Below are positions 35,202-42,687 of a DNA stretch of 64,000 nucleotides, piece by piece (position 1 is the stretch's first letter; each line of letters starts with the position of its first letter). The notes beneath the pieces are model-generated. The model had not been told where the DNA came from and ran no database searches. It saw only the letters and a program-made list of their open reading frames with translations. The DNA lies in the NCBI GenBank assembly GCA_003241645.1, contig QFOX01000003.1, positions 1,500-65,499 on the forward strand, given 5' to 3'. The position numbers and the translations under genes were made by a program. Origin of the DNA: Azospirillum brasilense. Lineage in GTDB: Bacteria; Pseudomonadota; Alphaproteobacteria; Rickettsiales; UBA3002.

Positions 35202-37151
35202 ATGAGTGGTCGTGACGGTCTTTTAGGATTTGATATTCGTGGCGCGGGCCGTGAAGTGCGCGATTTGCGCCGCACCATGGACGAGGTGGGTCGCACCGTT
35301 GGCACCGGCGAGGCGCTGATTGGTGGCCACATCAACGGCGCCGAGGAAGCGCGCTACCGCACCCGCAATTACCGCACGCAGGGTCAGGCGAATGACGCCG
35401 AAGGCCGTTACATCATCAGCGAACATCGCCTCGAAGCCATTCGTGACGGTGATTTTGGCACCCCGGTGCGCCGCACCGCCGCACCGCGCCAAGCGAGCTA
35501 TGGCCAGGCACAGCCCGGCGGCTACAGCCAGCTGCCCCCCGAAGAATACCAGCGCGGTAGCGCACCGGAAGCACCCGTGGCGGCCCGTGCCGCCGCCCCG
35601 GCTGCAGCCCAGCGCGGCCCCGTTCGCCCGCTGGTGGCGAACGAGCGCCTGATCGAATCCGTCATGGGTGAGCTGGGCGATGCTGCCCGCGCCCAGACCC
35701 CGGCCGAGCGCGACGCCGCGCTTGATCGCTTCATTGCGGTGACCAACCGCATCGGTAAGGACACGCCGATCCAGTCCATCGGTGGCGAACTGAAAGTGAA
35801 TGGCGCCAACGGTGCGCAGATCGATATTCCGCTGCCGCCGCGCGGCCGCACCTTCACCATCACCGATATGGTGACGCCGTACCTGCGCCAGAACCGCGAG
35901 CTGGGCGATGCACTCGCCGCCCGTATCGCCGCGTCGAACGGCCAAACGGTGGAAGCACCCGCCAACCAACCGCAAGCACCGGCCACTGGCGCACCGACCA
36001 CGGCTGCGCCCGCCACTGGCGCTCCGGCTACGGCTGCTCCCAGCACTGGCGCACCCAGCACCGGCGCTCCCAGCACCGGCGCACCCAGCACCGGCGCTCC
36101 TGCACCGGCTACGGGCGCAACAGGCGCGCTGACCGCCGCTACCGGCGGTTCGGCACGCACCTACAGCCTGCGCACCAACACCGACGACATGCCGAAGATC
36201 GCCGCCAATCAGGTGGCTGACCTGCAGGGCCGTCTGGTGGATGCTGGCTTTGACCTTACCACCCGCCGCCAGGCCGATGGTAAGGACGGCAAATACGGCC
36301 CGAAAACCGAAGCCGCGGTGAACGCTATTGCCCGCGAAGCCGGGGTGAACCCAAAAGACATCGACTTCACTAACGCGCAAGACCCCGACACGGTGAAATT
36401 CATGCAAACGCTGGATGCGCGCATTGCCTCGCGCGGCCGTGCGGCGGCTCCGGCCCCCGTGGTGCCGCAAGGCCCGACCCCGGAAGAGCTGGCAGCTCAG
36501 GCGGAACGTGACCGCCTTGCCGCCGAAGAAGCCCGCATTCCCGAAGCGATCCGTGGCACGCACTACGACCCGCGCGTGAGCGCCACCATGAGCCAGGCCG
36601 AGCGCGATGCGCTTGCCCGCAAAGGCCTGCATGCGCTGGACGAGATCGCCTCCGAGAACGGGGCACGTGATCCCGAAACGCTGGCCCGCAAGATCCGCGA
36701 AGTACAGAAAGACGCTGGCATGCTGCAAAGCGGTGAAGCCAGCCCGCAAACGCTGGCCGCCCTTGGGGTGGCCGTGGCCGAACGCAGTGGCCTCGCTGGC
36801 CGCGCTGGCAACGTGTACGAGGGTGCGCAGTCGCAGGCGGAAATGAACGCGGCCGCTGCCGTGGGCTTCCATGCGCTGGACGAGACCGCGGGCATCACCC
36901 GCAACCCGGAAGTGCTGGCCCGCAAGGTGCGTGAGTTCGAACGCGAGAACAACCTGACCGTGGATGGTCGCGTAGACCCCGCCATGCTGCAGGCACTGGA
37001 GCAGGCCGTGGCCGCGCGCGGTGGCCTCACGCAGGTGCGTGGCGGCACCGAGGTGAGCGCCAACGGCGGTGAGCCGCCGGCATCGCCGACCGTACAGACC
37101 AACCCGCAGCTTCAGCAGACCCGTCTGGCTGAAGGTGGGCAGCGCGCGTAA
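35202..37151 (+). CDS. hypothetical 649-aa protein with peptidoglycan-binding-like repeats and a PSTGA low-complexity linker
   Basis: GGAG lies upstream of ATG 35202. VADLQGRLVDAGFDL...DGKYGPKTEAAVNAIAREAGV resembles PG_binding_1. Two further ~80-aa repeats end in LARKIREVQKDAGMLQSGEASPQTLAALG and LARKVREFERENNLTVDGRVDPAMLQALE. I do not recognise the N-terminal 250 aa, and there is no obvious signal peptide. Confidence 0.6.
   Translation: MSGRDGLLGFDIRGAGREVRDLRRTMDEVGRTVGTGEALIGGHINGAEEARYRTRNYRTQGQANDAEGRYIISEHRLEAIRDGDFGTPVRRTAAPRQASYGQAQPGGYSQLPPEEYQRGSAPEAPVAARAAAPAAAQRGPVRPLVANERLIESVMGELGDAARAQTPAERDAALDRFIAVTNRIGKDTPIQSIGGELKVNGANGAQIDIPLPPRGRTFTITDMVTPYLRQNRELGDALAARIAASNGQTVEAPANQPQAPATGAPTTAAPATGAPATAAPSTGAPSTGAPSTGAPSTGAPAPATGATGALTAATGGSARTYSLRTNTDDMPKIAANQVADLQGRLVDAGFDLTTRRQADGKDGKYGPKTEAAVNAIAREAGVNPKDIDFTNAQDPDTVKFMQTLDARIASRGRAAAPAPVVPQGPTPEELAAQAERDRLAAEEARIPEAIRGTHYDPRVSATMSQAERDALARKGLHALDEIASENGARDPETLARKIREVQKDAGMLQSGEASPQTLAALGVAVAERSGLAGRAGNVYEGAQSQAEMNAAAAVGFHALDETAGITRNPEVLARKVREFERENNLTVDGRVDPAMLQALEQAVAARGGLTQVRGGTEVSANGGEPPASPTVQTNPQLQQTRLAEGGQRA
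35976..36120 (+). repeat. in-frame tandem repeat (15-bp units, PxTGA/PSTGA)
   Basis: Four near-perfect units CCCAGCACYGGCGCW span 36039-36098, flanked by degenerate units. The region encodes APATGAPTTAAPATGAPATAAPSTGAPSTGAPSTGAPSTGAPAPATGATG. Confidence 0.9.
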
Positions 37152-37157
37152 CAACCC

Positions 37158-37814
37158 TTGGCATCGCTCGCCGATCACACTAGACCTTTCCCGGTGACCA
37201 CCGGAGAAATGAAACGCGTGATCGAACTGCTTGCAGCCCCCATCCATAAAGTCGGTATCGTGCTGCTGCGCGACGTGCAGTCCAACGATCCGCTGGTGTG
37301 CATCACGCAGGTGAAGGCCAAGAACCCGGCCGAGCAGGCGCAGGTGAAATTCGGCCTGCCGAAAGGAACCCGCCGCTACGACGACCCCGAAACGCACCAA
37401 TGGCGCGACGCCCGCGATTTCGCCACCGCTGCGCGCTACCGCGACCGGTTGGAGCCGCTGCATAGCTGCCTCATGAACGAGGCCAGCGAAGAAGCCGGGG
37501 TGGATGGCAAAAGCTTCGCCGAGCATGCGCCGCGCGAACTCGGCGCGCGCTTTTTCACCAGCGAAACCAGCGGCGCCACGTTCGATATTCAGTGGTATGG
37601 TATGGAGCTATCGGAAAAAGCGGCTTCCCGCATGAATCCCACCCCGCCGGATGCGCACGCCGTGCAATGGGTGCGCCTGTCGGAAATGAAAGCCATGACC
37701 GCGCGTGGGGAAATGAACCAGAGCTACTATCCCGTCGCGGCCGAAATGGCCGAGAAAATGCGTGCGCGCGAGTTGCGCCCTACGCAGTTTTTGGCAGATC
37801 AGCCGACCAGATAA
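37158..37814 (+). CDS. Nudix-fold protein with degenerate, interrupted Nudix box
   Basis: E-PLHSCLM-NEASEEAGV fits E-x7-[R->N]E-U-x-EE-x-G-U. The upstream GLPKG is separated from it by a ~25-aa insertion. The start is uncertain (TTG 37158 or ATG 37209). The 3' end overlaps rnd convergently by 35 bp. Confidence 0.5.
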   Translation: MASLADHTRPFPVTTGEMKRVIELLAAPIHKVGIVLLRDVQSNDPLVCITQVKAKNPAEQAQVKFGLPKGTRRYDDPETHQWRDARDFATAARYRDRLEPLHSCLMNEASEEAGVDGKSFAEHAPRELGARFFTSETSGATFDIQWYGMELSEKAASRMNPTPPDAHAVQWVRLSEMKAMTARGEMNQSYYPVAAEMAEKMRARELRPTQFLADQPTR

Positions 37815-38967
37815 GCCCGAAGCCGCCTTTGTAGGGCTGCACTTTCGCTACCAGCTTGCCGCTGAGCAATGCTTCCACATCGCGCCCATAGGCCTCGTAG
37901 CGCCAGCCATGGCTGAGATGGCTGTCGGCAAAGGCAAGCTTGCCGCGCACAATGGCTTCCAGTTCTTCTTTGTCCACCACCAGCCGCGGCACAAGGTGCT
38001 CTTCCTCGCAGCGCAGGCGCAGCAGCACCTTCAACTGGTCAAGGCAGGCTTCCTGCACGGCCGACATGGGCTTCACGCGCTCTTCCGCCTGCGGCCAAGT
38101 TTCTTTCGGCTCCATGCGCGCGGTGTGCAGCGCCTCCACCAGCGAGGCCAGCGCGTCTTTGTTCAGTTGGCCCTGAATGCCGCGCAGCTCCAGCAGGTCA
38201 TCCACGCTTTGCGGGGCCATGCCGGCGATCTGCACCACGAAATCATCCTTCAGCACGCGTTGGCGCGGCAGGTCGCGGCGCATGGCCTGCTGCTCGCGCC
38301 AGCGGGCGGTGGCGCGCAGCATCTGCAGATATTCCGGCGCGCGGCTTTTCACTTTCAGGCGCTTCCAGATATGGTCCACATCCACCCGGTAATGGGTGAT
38401 GAGCGTCAGGTCCGCCATTTCTTCTTCGATCCACGGACCGCGGCCATCGGCGGCGATGCGCTCTTCCAGCAATTCATACACTTTGCGCAGGTGGATCACA
38501 TCGTCCAGCGCGTAGTCGATCTGGCGCTGGGTGAGGGGGCGGCGCGCCCAGTCGGTGAAGCGGCTGGCCTTATCCAGCTTCGCGCCCACCAGTTCGCTGA
38601 CCAGCGTTTCGTAGCTGGCCGATTCGCCGAACCCGCACACCATGGCAGCGATTTGCGTGTCGTACATGGGCAGCGGTACGCGGCCCGAATCATGCACGAA
38701 AATCTCGATGTCCTGCTTGGCGGCATGGAACACTTTCAGCAGCCGCTCATCGGCGAAGGCTGCGTAGAGCGCGCTTAAGTCCATGCCTTCGGCCAGCGGG
38801 TCGATCGCCGCGGCCACTTTGCTGGTGGCCACCTGCATGAGGCACAGCTGCGGGAAGTAGGTGCGCTCGCGAATGAATTCGGTATCGACCGTGATGAAGC
38901 GTTCGTCGCCAAAGGTGGCGCAGAAGGCGGTGAGGTCTTCGGTGGTGGTAATGATGCGTGTTTCCAT
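37780..38967 (-). CDS. rnd: ribonuclease D
   Basis: It has a DEDD exonuclease N-terminus (ITVDTEFIRERTYFPQLCLMQV, FHAAKQDIEIF) followed by an HRDC region. Confidence 0.88.
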   Translation of the reverse strand: METRIITTTEDLTAFCATFGDERFITVDTEFIRERTYFPQLCLMQVATSKVAAAIDPLAEGMDLSALYAAFADERLLKVFHAAKQDIEIFVHDSGRVPLPMYDTQIAAMVCGFGESASYETLVSELVGAKLDKASRFTDWARRPLTQRQIDYALDDVIHLRKVYELLEERIAADGRGPWIEEEMADLTLITHYRVDVDHIWKRLKVKSRAPEYLQMLRATARWREQQAMRRDLPRQRVLKDDFVVQIAGMAPQSVDDLLELRGIQGQLNKDALASLVEALHTARMEPKETWPQAEERVKPMSAVQEACLDQLKVLLRLRCEEEHLVPRLVVDKEELEAIVRGKLAFADSHLSHGWRYEAYGRDVEALLSGKLVAKVQPYKGGFGLIWSADLPKTA

Positions 38968-38983
38968 GGGCGCGGCTTACCAT

Positions 38984-39244
38984 TCAGCGCGGCCGGTAGG
39001 CAATGATTTTGTGGCGGCTGGCCACACCCTTTGTAATGCTCAGGCTGGATTTGGGCAGCCCGAACTGCGCCGCCAGCAGCGCAATCACCGCCGCGTTGGC
39101 CGCCCCATCCTCGGGCGCGGCGCGCACCTTCACCACCAGCGCACCCGCGGCGTTCACGCCTTCTATGCCCTCGCGGCGCGTCTTGGGCGTGACGTTGAGG
39201 GCCAATTGTCCGGTCGAAAGCAGCAAATCTTTTGCATTTTCCAT
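38984..39244 (-). CDS. DUF167 (YggU) family protein
   Basis: [16 protein letters not shown]...[44 protein letters not shown] is the YggU pattern. The start is ATG 39244. Confidence 0.75.
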   Translation of the reverse strand: MENAKDLLLSTGQLALNVTPKTRREGIEGVNAAGALVVKVRAAPEDGAANAAVIALLAAQFGLPKSSLSITKGVASRHKIIAYRPR

Positions 39245-39291
39245 ACCCTCGGCTATACCCTGCGGCCAAGAAATCCCAAAGGAATACCGCC

Positions 39292-41127
39292 ATGCACGCA
39301 TACCGCACCCATACCTGCAACCAACTGCGCACCTCCGAGGTGGGGCAGGAGGTGAAACTTTCCGGCTGGGTGCACCGCGTGCGCGACCATGGGCAGCTGG
39401 CCTTCCTTGACCTGCGCGACCATTACGGCATCACGCAGATCGTCGCCAGCACCGAGAGCGGCCTGTTCGAAGCGTTTGGCAAGCTGAAGCCCGAGTCCGT
39501 CGTCACCATCACCGGCACGGTGGTGGCCCGCGCGAAAGAGGCGGTGAACACCAACCTGCCAACCGGCGAGGTGGAAGTGGCGGTGGCCAGTCTGCATATC
39601 GAATCCGCGGCGCAAACCCTGCCCATGCAGGTGAACTCGGATGCGGAATTTCCTGAGGCAACGCGCCTGACCTACCGCTTCCTCGACCTCCGCCGCGAGA
39701 AGCTGCACAACAACATCGTGCTGCGCAGCAAGATCATCTCGAGCCTGCGCCGCCGCATGACGGACCAGGGCTTCCTTGAATACCAGACGCCGATCCTCAC
39801 CGCCTCGAGCCCCGAGGGCGCGCGCGATTACCTCGTGCCCAGCCGCGTGCACCCCGGCAAGTTCTACGCGCTGCCGCAGGCACCGCAAATGTTCAAGCAA
39901 CTGCTGATGGTCTCCGGCTTCGACCGTTATTTCCAGATCGCGCCCTGCTTCCGCGACGAGGACGCGCGCGCCGACCGCAGCCCCGGCGAATTCTACCAGC
40001 TCGACATCGAGATGAGCTTCGTGACGCAGGAAGACGTGTTCGCCGCCATCGAGCCTGTGCTGCACGGCGTGTTCACCGAATTCTCCGACTGGAAAGTGAC
40101 CGACTACCCGTTCCCGCGCATCACCTATGACGAAGCCATGCGCAAATACGGCTCCGACAAGCCGGACCTGCGCAACCCCATCGAGATCGCCGGTGCCTGC
40201 AGCATCTGGCGCGATTCGGAGTTCGCCATCTTCAAGCAGGTGCTGGCTGCGGGCGGTAAGATCCGCGCCATTCCGGCCCCCGGTTGCGCCGACAAACCGC
40301 GCAGCTTCTTCGACAACATGATCGAGTTCGCCAAATCGCATGGCGCGAAGGGCTTGGCATACATTGGCTTCGATGCGGACGGCACGCCCAAAGGCCCCAT
40401 CGCGAAATTCCTGAGCCCCGAGAAGTTGGAAGAACTGAAGACGAAGGCCAAACTGAACAATGGCGATGCGGTGTTCTTCACCAGCGGCCCGAAGCTGGAA
40501 GCCGAGACCATCGCCGGCAAGGTGCGCACCGAGGTGGCCAATCAGTTGGGCCTCATCAAGGAAGGCGAATACAAATTCTGCTGGATCGTGGATTTCCCCT
40601 ACTTCGAGTGGAACGAGGACGAAGGCAAGATCGACTTCTCGCACAACCCGTTCTCCATGCCGCAAGGCGGGATCGAGGCGCTGGAAGCCGCCAAAACGAA
40701 AGAGGAGCTGCTGGATATCAAAGCCTTCCAGTACGACATCGTGTGCAACGGGGTGGAGCTTTCCTCCGGCGCGATCCGTAACCACAAGCCGGAAGTGATG
40801 GTGAAGGCCTTCGAGATCGCGGGCTACACCCGCGCCGACGTGGAAGGCAAATTCGCTGCCCTGTTCAATGCGTTCCATTACGGCGCGCCGCCGCATGGTG
40901 GCCTCGCCCCGGGCGTGGACCGCATGGTGATGCTGCTGGCCAACGAGCCGAACATCCGCGAGGTGATTACCTTCCCCATGAACCAGCAGGCGCAGGATCT
41001 GCTGATGCAGGCCCCCAACGTGGCGACCGTGAAGGCGCTGCGCGAGCTGCACATCCAGCTTTCGCCGAAGGCCGTGGCCGCACTGGAAGAGGAAGCCGCC
41101 AAAAAAGCGGGTGAAGCGGCCGCCTGA
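39292..41127 (+). CDS. aspS: aspartate--tRNA ligase
   Basis: It has an OB-fold N-terminus ([24 protein letters not shown]), class II motifs [24 protein letters not shown] and [14 protein letters not shown]. The start is ATG 39292. Confidence 0.95.
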   Translation: MHAYRTHTCNQLRTSEVGQEVKLSGWVHRVRDHGQLAFLDLRDHYGITQIVASTESGLFEAFGKLKPESVVTITGTVVARAKEAVNTNLPTGEVEVAVASLHIESAAQTLPMQVNSDAEFPEATRLTYRFLDLRREKLHNNIVLRSKIISSLRRRMTDQGFLEYQTPILTASSPEGARDYLVPSRVHPGKFYALPQAPQMFKQLLMVSGFDRYFQIAPCFRDEDARADRSPGEFYQLDIEMSFVTQEDVFAAIEPVLHGVFTEFSDWKVTDYPFPRITYDEAMRKYGSDKPDLRNPIEIAGACSIWRDSEFAIFKQVLAAGGKIRAIPAPGCADKPRSFFDNMIEFAKSHGAKGLAYIGFDADGTPKGPIAKFLSPEKLEELKTKAKLNNGDAVFFTSGPKLEAETIAGKVRTEVANQLGLIKEGEYKFCWIVDFPYFEWNEDEGKIDFSHNPFSMPQGGIEALEAAKTKEELLDIKAFQYDIVCNGVELSSGAIRNHKPEVMVKAFEIAGYTRADVEGKFAALFNAFHYGAPPHGGLAPGVDRMVMLLANEPNIREVITFPMNQQAQDLLMQAPNVATVKALRELHIQLSPKAVAALEEEAAKKAGEAAA

Positions 41128-41191
41128 CTTCACCAAAACGTCATATAACGTTGCGATCGCTTTGCTAAGGTAGCGTGCATCAGGAGGATGC

Positions 41192-42154
41192 ATGATGCGC
41201 CGTAGCCCGTTGCCTGCCGATTTCTCGCCGCATGATCTCGTGGCCCTTGCCCGCGCGGCGGGCGATGCCATCCTGCAGGAATTATCGAACGCCGAAACCC
41301 TCGGCATCGAGCGCAAAAGCGATGACTCGCCCTTCACCCGGGCCGATCAGCGCGCCAACGATATCGTGCTGGCGGGGTTAAAACGCCTGACGCCGGACAT
41401 TCCCGTGCTGTCGGAAGAAGACCCGCCAGAGCACCAGCAATGGGTCATGCAGCAACCCACCTATTGGTGCGTCGACCCGCTCGACGGCACGCGCACCGCG
41501 GTCCAATATTCCAAGGGCTTCACCCATTACGATGGGTTTGGCACGTTGATCGGGCTGGTGCATCACGGGGTGCCCGTGTTCGGTGTGGCCCATTACCCGA
41601 ATAATCGCATGACGCTGGACGATGGCACGCCCAGCGCGCCGGGTATCACCTATTTCACCAGTGCCGACGGGGCGCTTGCCTATCGCCAGCTGGGCGATCA
41701 GGCGGCGCAGCCCATCCATACGCGCCCCTGCCTGACCAGCACCATGCGCGTGGCCGAAGGCTATGGCGGGCAACGCCTGCAGGCCCTTGGTGGCCTTGCG
41801 GTGCAGGGCAGCAGCGAGGTGGGCGGTTCGCGGCTGATCCGTGCGGCGGAAGCTTCGGTGCATGCCGGCTATACGGGGGGAAGCAAGGTCGCCTCCTTTG
41901 GGTTCTGGGACGTGGCCGCGCCCCACGCCATCCTGCGGGCGGCAGGGGGCGAACTGGTGACCCTGCCGAGTGATTTTGCGCAGCACCAGCAAGCAGGCGC
42001 ACTGAAGAGCGGCGAAGCGCTGCGCTATGATGGGCGGCATTATGCCGCGGCCATGGGGCAGGGGAAACCCTACGTGCCATTGTGCGTGGGCGCGCACACA
42101 GATACCTTGCGTCGGTTGGGCTTGCCGGTTAGACAGGCCGGAATCGAAAGGTAA
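41192..42154 (+). CDS. inositol monophosphatase / CysQ-family phosphatase
   Basis: Motifs are SPFTRADQRANDIV, VLSEE and WCVDPLDGT. At 320 aa it is longer than I recall for CysQ. Confidence 0.7.
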   Translation: MMRRSPLPADFSPHDLVALARAAGDAILQELSNAETLGIERKSDDSPFTRADQRANDIVLAGLKRLTPDIPVLSEEDPPEHQQWVMQQPTYWCVDPLDGTRTAVQYSKGFTHYDGFGTLIGLVHHGVPVFGVAHYPNNRMTLDDGTPSAPGITYFTSADGALAYRQLGDQAAQPIHTRPCLTSTMRVAEGYGGQRLQALGGLAVQGSSEVGGSRLIRAAEASVHAGYTGGSKVASFGFWDVAAPHAILRAAGGELVTLPSDFAQHQQAGALKSGEALRYDGRHYAAAMGQGKPYVPLCVGAHTDTLRRLGLPVRQAGIER

Positions 42155-42157
42155 CCC

Positions 42158-42406
42158 ATGCCCCCCCTTCCCACTATCGTCGGCTTTGCCGGTGTGTTCA
42201 TCGTGCTGGTGGCCTATGCGCTGCTGGCCAGCGGCCGCCTGAGCAACGACGACATGCGCTACCCCGTGCTGAACATCGTCGGCACGCTCGGCATCGCTTA
42301 TTCGCTGCTGTACCAGTGGAACCTGCCGAGCATGGTCACGCAGCTGATCTGGATCGCGGTAAGCATCATCGGCATGATGCGCATCGCACGTAAACGGATG
42401 CGCTGA
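42158..42406 (+). CDS. small 3-TM membrane protein (paralogue 1)
   Basis: This 82-aa product has three hydrophobic helices. It shares the pattern G..G....L.AY..L......N....P.LN..G.L......L..QWNLP with the next ORF. Confidence 0.6.
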   Translation: MPPLPTIVGFAGVFIVLVAYALLASGRLSNDDMRYPVLNIVGTLGIAYSLLYQWNLPSMVTQLIWIAVSIIGMMRIARKRMR

Positions 42407-42407
42407 G

Positions 42408-42650
42408 ATGGAACCCCTGTTCATTGCCATTGGCTTCATCGGCCCCATCCTGTTCCTGTGGGCTTACATCATGCTGTCGATCGGCGCGTGGCATGGCAAC
42501 ATGCTGAAGCCGCATGTGCTGAACCTGCTGGGTGCGCTTGCCGTGCTGGTGTCGCTCAGCGCGCAGTGGAACCTGCCCATGTGCGTGCTGGAAGTGTGCT
42601 GGGGCGCGGTGAGCCTCTACGGCATCTGGCGCGCGAAATTCCGCGCGTAA
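42408..42650 (+). CDS. small 3-TM membrane protein (paralogue 2)
   Basis: This 80-aa product starts 1 nt after the previous stop. It has the same three-helix layout and the QWNLP motif. Confidence 0.6.
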   Translation: MEPLFIAIGFIGPILFLWAYIMLSIGAWHGNMLKPHVLNLLGALAVLVSLSAQWNLPMCVLEVCWGAVSLYGIWRAKFRA

Positions 42651-42687
42651 CGATTCATTCCACGAAGAAAGCCAAGGCGACGGCTGG

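Noticed and set aside
35976-36120. CRISPR-like regular repeats
   Set aside because: The units are 15 bp, contiguous without spacers, in-frame inside a CDS and encode PSTGA. The dispersed palindromic families are single copies at each locus, not arrays, and no cas genes are present.
35223-37526. 767-aa minus-strand ORF opposite the PG-binding-repeat and Nudix genes
   Set aside because: The plus-strand frame has an RBS, domain-like repeats and in-frame 15-bp tandem units. The minus frame is Arg/Gly/Ala-rich without motifs. I treat it as a shadow ORF, though the plus-strand gene itself is only moderately supported.
39253-41337. 694-aa minus-strand ORF opposite aspS
   Set aside because: It is antisense to a textbook aspartyl-tRNA synthetase, so it is a shadow ORF. 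The same reasoning applies to 43747-45732 (+, opposite secA), 19054-20538 (+, opposite gltA), 10936-12435 (+, opposite the glycosyltransferase) and 12297-13529 (-, opposite ahcY).
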